Source of the DNA: Candidatus Parcubacteria bacterium
GTDB lineage: Bacteria > Patescibacteriota > Minisyncoccia > Phycocordibacterales > UBA918
Direction: 5' to 3'
DNA length: 33,052 nt
Assembly (NCBI GenBank): GCA_046049585.1
Contig: JBJORD010000069.1
Coordinates: forward strand, 1 to 33,052
The position numbers and the translations under genes are program-made. Positions 17,654-23,621 of the stretch are shown piece after piece. Within the stretch, counting starts at the first letter, position 1, and each line of letters opens with the position of its first letter. Below the pieces are notes generated by a model. That model was not told the DNA's origin and did no database searches. It saw only the letters and a list, made by a program, of their open reading frames with translations.

Positions 17654-18319
17654 TTATCTAAGTTTTGCGATCCACTTTTTTATAATCGGCATTAATCCTA
17701 CACGACGTAAAAATTTCCTGGTCCGTGCGTATGGCACCCAAGATTCTGCCCAGTGGTGAATACCGTAGGCACTCTGGCGCACTGCTTCAGTCACATACTC
17801 GCCCTCAGCGATAGGATGAAAATAAGAGGCGTCATAAATAGCTACCTGATCTAGGCCAGTCGTCTTGATGGCCTCTTCTAGAACTAAGGGTGAGGTATTG
17901 GCGATACTATAGGTGGTATCGGTATCATAAAATGCAAGCGCTTTTTTGATAAAAGCGGCATCTGGTTTGGCACCGATAATACTCGATTCGATTTGACCAC
18001 CACGACTACGACCCACAAAACCTTCATGGTGCAAAAAAGTATCAAGCGGCTTGAGTAATTCTTGATCAGTGTCGAGATAGACGCCACCTTCGGTCGCCAA
18101 CGCAGCAAAACGAATATAATCTGAGACAAACGCCCATTTTTTTTGTGCATACATCGCTTGCACATACGGATGAGTCATTGGACTATTGGTTTCGTCCCAA
18201 CGCTTGATTTGGTAATCAGGAGCAAAACGTTGCCAACTCGCCAGGCAGCGCATAGCCAAAGGTGATAACGGCTTACCGCCAACCCAGACATAGTGAATAA
18301 TTTTTGGAATTGGTTCCAT
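17654..18319 (-). CDS. Glycosyltransferase, GT32-like (DXD sugar-binding region, Och1/capsule-type)
   Basis: It contains IPKIIHYVWVGGKPLSP...W...P.Y.IKRWDE and DYIRFAALATEGGVYLDTD (DXD). Confidence 0.75.
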   Translation of the reverse strand: MEPIPKIIHYVWVGGKPLSPLAMRCLASWQRFAPDYQIKRWDETNSPMTHPYVQAMYAQKKWAFVSDYIRFAALATEGGVYLDTDQELLKPLDTFLHHEGFVGRSRGGQIESSIIGAKPDAAFIKKALAFYDTDTTYSIANTSPLVLEEAIKTTGLDQVAIYDASYFHPIAEGEYVTEAVRQSAYGIHHWAESWVPYARTRKFLRRVGLMPIIKKWIAKLR

Positions 18320-18327
18320 ATGCCTAC

Positions 18328-18333
18328 ATAATA
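18328..18333 (-). promoter_or_regulatory. -10-like hexamer TATTAT, 8 nt upstream of the GT32 ATG
   Basis: Minus strand reads CATAGTATTATgtaggcatATG. It lies immediately downstream of the strong hairpin at 18353-18390. Confidence 0.35.
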
Positions 18334-18352
18334 CTATGCTTGGGCCGAAATA

Positions 18353-18390
18353 GTTACCAAAAAAGCAGCCAAAGCTGCTTTTTTGGTAAC
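18353..18390. terminator. Perfect palindromic hairpin, a bidirectional intrinsic terminator
   Basis: GTTACCAAAAAAGCAGC-caaa-GCTGCTTTTTTGGTAAC forms a 17-bp perfect stem with a 4-nt loop. The GCAGC core is flanked by A6/T6 tracts, so either strand yields a stem followed by a U-run. It follows the small ORF and the LTD gene on the minus strand. Confidence 0.7.
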
Positions 18391-18408
18391 TAGTATGTAA
18401 GGCTACTT

Positions 18409-18528
18409 TTAACCCTCACAGGCGACACAAACCGAACCACCAATATGGACACGCGGTGCCGCTGGAGCACTACCGGTGACGGTTGGTAAATCAAAATCAA
18501 AATTTAGTTCTTGGTTTGTGTTACTCAT
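18409..18528 (-). CDS. Unannotated small ORF, 39 aa, with a C-terminal CxxC peptide (candidate precursor or signalling peptide)
   Basis: Hand translation gives ATG(18528)...TAA(18411-18409) = MSNTNQELNFDFDLPTVTGSAPAAPRVHIGGSVCVACEG. It fills the otherwise unexplained 168-nt gap between the LTD gene stop and the terminator. TATACT lies 8 nt upstream of its ATG. It is below the length cut-off of the ORF track. Confidence 0.4.
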   Translation of the reverse strand: MSNTNQELNFDFDLPTVTGSAPAAPRVHIGGSVCVACEG

Positions 18529-18536
18529 ATACCAGT

Positions 18537-18542
18537 AGTATA
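18537..18542 (-). promoter_or_regulatory. -10-like hexamer TATACT, 8 nt upstream of the small-ORF ATG
   Basis: Minus strand reads GGCGATATACTactggtatATG. The spacing matches the other operon-leading genes in the window. Confidence 0.3.
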
Positions 18543-18557
18543 TCGCCACCATCATGA

Positions 18558-20045
18558 CTACGGAGGCAACTTATCTACACTACTGTGCATAGCGGACCCG
18601 TCGGTGGTTATTTTGTCTGTACGAGAACTCATATTTGACGATGTGGCAACTATACTACCCATCGCAAGCGCCAATATACAAAGCAAAGCTAAATAGGGCC
18701 AATAGATTGTCTCTGTTGCTGGCGCTGGTGCCGTAAACAAGAAGGCCGCCGTGACGTACTCGGGCATACTAGTCGTAGACGAGGCCGCAGAGGCGACCCC
18801 TGGTGTCGGCAGTAGCACCAATGGCGCTGCGAAGTCACCTGTTTCTAGAACTACAGTTGGACCTGGACTAGTGCTGGCCAGGTTTGTTGGTGTGTTGGTT
18901 ATTCGCGATGCTGGAGCAACAGAAAGAGTGACCTGAGGTGTAGCGGACACCGAGACAGCGGGATAGTGTGGCCAGGTCGCAACTGGTATCCGCATCCGGT
19001 CAAGTAACACAATTGGTGTCAGAGCAGTAGCACCGATACTTTTTTGATTGATAGTGAGGGTGCTTTTACTGGTTACTATAGTATGTGGTGGAAAAAGTCG
19101 TTCTACAGTACCGCGAATGCGGTAGGCCGATACGTCAACATCATACGGGGCGTCGTTGTGCAGTAATACATCCCCACTCTCAGTTCTCGCGAGGGTCAAT
19201 AGGACTGGTAATATGGTAATTTCGTGACGCACCAACTGGTATTGGGCGCCAAATGCCGCCTCCAATATCACTACATAGGTACCAGGATGACGATACACAT
19301 GCGCTGGCTCTTTGGCGCTACTGGTACTGAGGTCACCAAAGTTCCAATTATAGACCAAAGAATTTCGCGTCGTGGTACCTACCCCACTGACGACTGCCCG
19401 TAGCGGCACCAACTGATTTACATACGCAACTTTCTGAACATCCAAGACGAGCTTGAGATCATTGGGTGGTATGACAAATTTTATAGTGTCTGACTTTTTG
19501 CTACTTCCACCACTGGTGGTATTGGTGCGTGGGGTGCTAGTGCTAGTGGGCAGTGGTGTAACCGTAGTTACGCCTGGCGCCTGACCAGGAGTTGGTGTAC
19601 CTGTACGCCACCCAGCACTCGTATACTGGGCGGTTTCTTTGGTGACATTATCACCTCCAATATCTTGCCAGTCGGTGCCGCCCGCCACGCGATCTACTAC
19701 TTCACCAGTAGCTGTAGCTAGCACTAACGTGGCACCAGTATTGACCAATGCCCCAGTATAAATAAGGAATGGTGTAGCGATGGTGTAGGATCCACTGGTA
19801 CGATTGCGTTCAAGCGTGACATATGACCTCGCAGGTATCGTCCCCGCTAGAGTGATAGTCAGATTCATACCATCACGTAACACCCAGCCATCCACCGAGA
19901 CAGCTTCCCCACTATTATGTAATTCTATCCACTCGTTATTAGCAGATACCGTGTCTCCCATCCAAGCGATTTCCGAAATACTAACGGCCGCCTGACTAAT
20001 AAGCGGGCAACCAATGAAACACAAGAGACAAAGGAAGACACGCAT
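18558..20045 (-). CDS. Membrane-anchored surface protein: signal peptide, lamin-tail domain (LTD), PKD domain, second LTD-like module, C-terminal TM anchor
   Basis: The signal peptide is MRVFLCLLCFIGCPLISQA. The LTD is ISEIAWMGD..NNEWIELHNSGEAVSVDGWVL. The PKD domain is YNWNFGDLSTSSAKEPAHVYRHPGTYVVILEA. The second LTD-like stretch is GDVLLHNDAPYDVDVSAYRI. The TM anchor is WPYLALLCILALAMGSIVA. Thr/Ser/Pro-rich linkers join the modules. Confidence 0.75.
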   Translation of the reverse strand: MRVFLCLLCFIGCPLISQAAVSISEIAWMGDTVSANNEWIELHNSGEAVSVDGWVLRDGMNLTITLAGTIPARSYVTLERNRTSGSYTIATPFLIYTGALVNTGATLVLATATGEVVDRVAGGTDWQDIGGDNVTKETAQYTSAGWRTGTPTPGQAPGVTTVTPLPTSTSTPRTNTTSGGSSKKSDTIKFVIPPNDLKLVLDVQKVAYVNQLVPLRAVVSGVGTTTRNSLVYNWNFGDLSTSSAKEPAHVYRHPGTYVVILEAAFGAQYQLVRHEITILPVLLTLARTESGDVLLHNDAPYDVDVSAYRIRGTVERLFPPHTIVTSKSTLTINQKSIGATALTPIVLLDRMRIPVATWPHYPAVSVSATPQVTLSVAPASRITNTPTNLASTSPGPTVVLETGDFAAPLVLLPTPGVASAASSTTSMPEYVTAAFLFTAPAPATETIYWPYLALLCILALAMGSIVATSSNMSSRTDKITTDGSAMHSSVDKLPP

Positions 20046-20053
20046 AGGACAAA

Positions 20054-22006
20054 CTACCGAAACGGTGAACGTTCTTTACCAGAATCCTGTAATAAGCGTT
20101 TGAGGGCTTTGTGATCTGGTTGTAAAATATCTGATACTTGATTTTGTGAGACAGAAGTCTGTGTGGCATCGGCAGTAGCACCCGTTTCCTCTAGTGCACT
20201 TTGAATAATAGGTGGCGCTACCCTGACTTCAGTTTCTTTTGGCGGAATCACTACCTGGTCTCGTAAGACTGAACCAAGCACCGAACGCAGAGCAGCTTTG
20301 TGGGCAGTTTCTTTGGCTGATACCGGCACTACTTCTGGTGGTTCATCTGACTTATTTTCGGCCGCAATCTTCGCCAAAATTGATCGCAAACTGTCAGTTG
20401 TTGGCGCGACAGTGCCTGGCTGGGGTAGTACCTCACGTGGTGACTGAGGAGAGTTAGTCGGAGTATTGTTCGGACGACTATCTGGTCGAGTTGATTTATT
20501 GAATTTGGGGGTAACGTTTGACTGACCTTCTCGCGGTTTAGTAGCTATGTCTTTGCGTGGTTCTCCTCCTGATTGTGGCCGTGGATTGCGCAACTGTTCG
20601 CGTGGTCGATCGGAAGTGGCGGACTTATCTGAGACTGGGGGTTTTTGACTTGGTGGATTGGTTTGGGTAGCGGTGGTTACTCCTTCTTTTTTGATTGGTT
20701 TTGGTGGGGCTTCAACTGGGGCATGAGCTTCAGTGATGAGGTTTTCAATTTGCAGACGTGGCTTGGTATAGTTTTTTCGACTGGCCGCCAAAACCATATC
20801 TCGACAAGAAATACGGGGTGGTTGTATCGCCGGCAAGGTGACCGCTGAAAACGGCTGGCTACCTATACCGTCAATCATCAACGTAAGATAGATTTGATAG
20901 GCCCCCAAATTGACAATGTCTGGCGCCAAAAAACGGGGGGTGAAAATTGTTTCCAGTATCTCGGCATCGAATGGCCCAACACGAAATGATACCGTGGTTC
21001 CTACGTTACCAAAAACCGCATTACGTACATCTTCTTCCATTTGCTCAATGTACTGGTGAGCAATAATCAAATTGAGGTGGTACTTACGCGCTTCAGATAA
21101 AATATTGGCAAAAGTAGCATTGGCAAAAGACTGGAATTCGTCTACATAAAAGTAGAAATTCGGCATCTCTTTCATTTGGGCTACTGGTAAATCAGCCCGA
21201 CTCATCGCAGCCAGATAAATTCTAGTGGTGAGCATGGAACCAAGTAGGTTGGCATTGGTTTCCCCTACCAACCCTTTTGATAGGTTCATGATGAGGATCT
21301 TTTTCTCATCCATCATTTTACGAATATCAAAACTCGAGTGTGGCTGACCAATGATATTACGAATTAGTGGATTACCGGTGAATTGACCAATTTTGTTTTG
21401 AATGGCAGGAAGTGCCTCCGCTGCAAAGCGGTCAGTGTACGCAGCAAATTCCTCGGTCCAAAACGCCTTAACGGCAGGATCTTTGACGTAGTCAACCACC
21501 CGATTACGGTAGTGCTTGTCTGAAAATAAGCGATTGACCGAGAGCAAGGTGGTGTCAGGATACTCAATAAGAGCCAGCAGTGCATTAGTCAAAATGTACT
21601 CCATACGAGCACTCCACGCATCGACCCAGATTTTTTTGAAGGTAGACATCAACCCCGAAACTACCAAGTGGCGCTTGTCTGGCCCAACATCTTCCATCAC
21701 ATTAAAAGATACCGGGTTATCTAAATCAAATGGCGCAAAGTAGACCACATCATTCACGCGGTGTTCTGGTACGTATTCAAGGAGTTTTTCAGCCGCTGAA
21801 CCATGCGGATCAATAAAAGCCATCCCCTCACCATTCATGATGTCTTGGGCAGCCATGTTCTCAAGCATGGTCGACTTACCCATACCAGTCTTACCTATCA
21901 CATACATGTGACGTTGACGATCTTTGGCTTTGATACCAAAGGCAGTATCCTTGCCACGAGCATCAGCTTTGGCAAAGAAGGTAATTTTTTCGGGATCAAA
22001 CTTCAT
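20054..22006 (-). CDS. TraD/VirD4/FtsK-HerA-superfamily P-loop ATPase (type IV coupling-protein-like), soluble, with a long disordered C-terminal tail
   Basis: Walker A is YVIGKTGMGKSTML and the Walker B-like motif is FYFYVDEFQSFAN. ARKYHLNLIIAHQY is also present. No N-terminal TM helices are visible. The last 222 aa are a Pro/Ser/Thr/Lys-rich low-complexity region. The track start at 22012 is GTG, and the ATG at 22006 (MKFDPEK..) is preferred. Confidence 0.8.
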   Translation of the reverse strand: MKFDPEKITFFAKADARGKDTAFGIKAKDRQRHMYVIGKTGMGKSTMLENMAAQDIMNGEGMAFIDPHGSAAEKLLEYVPEHRVNDVVYFAPFDLDNPVSFNVMEDVGPDKRHLVVSGLMSTFKKIWVDAWSARMEYILTNALLALIEYPDTTLLSVNRLFSDKHYRNRVVDYVKDPAVKAFWTEEFAAYTDRFAAEALPAIQNKIGQFTGNPLIRNIIGQPHSSFDIRKMMDEKKILIMNLSKGLVGETNANLLGSMLTTRIYLAAMSRADLPVAQMKEMPNFYFYVDEFQSFANATFANILSEARKYHLNLIIAHQYIEQMEEDVRNAVFGNVGTTVSFRVGPFDAEILETIFTPRFLAPDIVNLGAYQIYLTLMIDGIGSQPFSAVTLPAIQPPRISCRDMVLAASRKNYTKPRLQIENLITEAHAPVEAPPKPIKKEGVTTATQTNPPSQKPPVSDKSATSDRPREQLRNPRPQSGGEPRKDIATKPREGQSNVTPKFNKSTRPDSRPNNTPTNSPQSPREVLPQPGTVAPTTDSLRSILAKIAAENKSDEPPEVVPVSAKETAHKAALRSVLGSVLRDQVVIPPKETEVRVAPPIIQSALEETGATADATQTSVSQNQVSDILQPDHKALKRLLQDSGKERSPFR

Positions 22007-22013
22007 AATCACA

Positions 22014-22022
22014 AGTATACCA
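22014..22022 (-). promoter_or_regulatory. Extended -10 TGGTATACT, 7 nt upstream of the ATPase ATG at 22006
   Basis: Minus strand reads TTGGTATACTtgtgattATG, 2 nt downstream of the upstream gene's stop codon (22025-22027). Confidence 0.4.
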
Positions 22023-22024
22023 AA

Positions 22025-23554
22025 TTAACTACCAAAGCGGTCTTCGGCATACTGCATGAGAGCAGTGACATCCGCTGTGCGGCCCGTTGAGCCAAGCACA
22101 ATAACAGCGATAATGCGCTCTGTACCTTTTACATTGAGCGTGTGTAGCGTCACTGAAGTCTGTCCAGCCGCTGTAGTCTCACCGATTTTGCCACCAATAA
22201 AACTATCTAGCCCGCTGATATCATTAAAGTTTTGGATGTTGGCAAACTCACCGGTGGTATATACATCGGGTAACGCCGCCCCAGCACTAATATCAACAAT
22301 GAACCGCCGCTTATCATAGATGTATTGAATCAAGCGCAGTAGGTCACTAACACTCGACACATTACCCGCATCGATACCAGACGGATCAGTAAAGACTGTA
22401 CTATTCATACCAAGTGCTTTTGCACGCTCATTCATGTGTGCAATAAATTGCTCACGCCCTACTTCGCTCGCTATTACTTCAGCCGCCTCATTCGACGATT
22501 CAAGGAGGAGTAACTCGAGTAACGAGTACATAGACACCGTAGCGCGATCACCAAGACGTGGTACAAGTGATTGAACAAAGGTAGGTTCTACCGTTGGAAT
22601 ACGAGTATCTAGATTGATGTATTCGGCCGCTACTACAGCAGTCATGAGTTTGGTTAGTGAAGCAATCGGTACAGCAAAGTCTAAGTCGCTACTCGCGAGT
22701 ACGGTATTACTTTCGATATCAGCGATTAGGTAATGTGGAGTCGCTAACTCGGGGACCTTTGGTTCATACAGGAACGGCTCACGGACAGTTGGTGATTCAT
22801 AAACCAACACTGGAGTACCAAGACTAATTTGTGCAAATAATTCTTTGGCATCGTCGCTTTCAAGTTCTATACCACCAGACTTCACGGGTGTGTCTACAGC
22901 TGTTTCGTAAAACGGCGTACCATGAATATAAAAGTTACCCTGAAAAGCCAAGCTATCAGGCAAGTAAATCTGTCCAAATGACGCAAAGTGTTTGGTCTTT
23001 TTTTGTTCTACTTTATACAAACCAGCGGGTGTCTCCCAAAAAGTGCCCACCTCCCCTTTTTTTACAATCGGATATTCTTTGGTAAGTACACCCGCAACAA
23101 AATAGCGCAGACGCATTGTAGCTAGATCAGCCTCAATAAACGTCTGACTAGCCGCAATAAAAGCATCTCGGGTAGTAACAAAGAAATTAGGCTCAGTAAA
23201 CATTACCTCTACTCCATAGGTGAGTGACACCCGTTCTTTGGTGTATGGATGTTCAACCACTACACTTACTGGCTCATCTGCTATCTGTATCAGTGACGCC
23301 AACTGACTAGTACCATGTGTATGTACATACGCCGCCGAGCCAAAAGAGCCTGCAACAACAAAAAGTAACGTCGCGATCAGCGTTGCTACTTTGGTAGATA
23401 ATTGTAAGCGTGGTGAACGAGGCGGTAGCGCAATCCGTCCAGGAGTGAAAGAAAACTTTTGGGCAGGTATCAAACGTCCAGCAGAAATATCAGGCTGACT
23501 GTCTGTGTATGACACGGCATAAAACCGTGGAGCTTTGTGCCCATCGTTGTACAT
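22025..23554 (-). CDS. Membrane-anchored fusion of a YkuD (L,D-transpeptidase)-like domain lacking the catalytic Cys with a peptidase S11 D-alanyl-D-alanine carboxypeptidase
   Basis: The TM helix is VATLIATLLFVVAGSFGSAAY. The YkuD-like block is YPIVKKGEVGTFWETPAGLY...FYIHGTP...VKSGGIELESDDAKELF. The S11 motifs are SLTK (SxxK), SSN (SxN) and KIGET (KTG-like). Confidence 0.75.
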   Translation of the reverse strand: MYNDGHKAPRFYAVSYTDSQPDISAGRLIPAQKFSFTPGRIALPPRSPRLQLSTKVATLIATLLFVVAGSFGSAAYVHTHGTSQLASLIQIADEPVSVVVEHPYTKERVSLTYGVEVMFTEPNFFVTTRDAFIAASQTFIEADLATMRLRYFVAGVLTKEYPIVKKGEVGTFWETPAGLYKVEQKKTKHFASFGQIYLPDSLAFQGNFYIHGTPFYETAVDTPVKSGGIELESDDAKELFAQISLGTPVLVYESPTVREPFLYEPKVPELATPHYLIADIESNTVLASSDLDFAVPIASLTKLMTAVVAAEYINLDTRIPTVEPTFVQSLVPRLGDRATVSMYSLLELLLLESSNEAAEVIASEVGREQFIAHMNERAKALGMNSTVFTDPSGIDAGNVSSVSDLLRLIQYIYDKRRFIVDISAGAALPDVYTTGEFANIQNFNDISGLDSFIGGKIGETTAAGQTSVTLHTLNVKGTERIIAVIVLGSTGRTADVTALMQYAEDRFGS

Positions 23555-23560
23555 ATTGGT

Positions 23561-23566
23561 ATTTTA
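23561..23566 (-). promoter_or_regulatory. -10-like hexamer TAAAAT, 6 nt upstream of the ATG at 23554
   Basis: Minus strand reads AAGGTAAAATaccaatATG. Confidence 0.3.
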
Positions 23567-23582
23567 CCTTACTGTTGCGTAG

Positions 23583-23607
23583 GAAACGGCTTCTCTATCC
23601 CCGTTTC
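23583..23607 (-). terminator. Weak hairpin downstream of the DUF285 gene (possible terminator or attenuator)
   Basis: GAAACGG-(11 nt)-CCGTTTC forms a 7-bp stem. No U-tract follows on the minus strand. Confidence 0.25.
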
Positions 23608-23621
23608 AAGAGCTGTTGAGA

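Noticed and set aside
18558-23554. A conjugative element or complete type IV secretion system around the TraD/VirD4-like ATPase
   Set aside because: No relaxase, VirB4, VirB6/8/9/10, pilin, integrase or oriT-like repeat is recognisable in the window. Only the ATPase is present.
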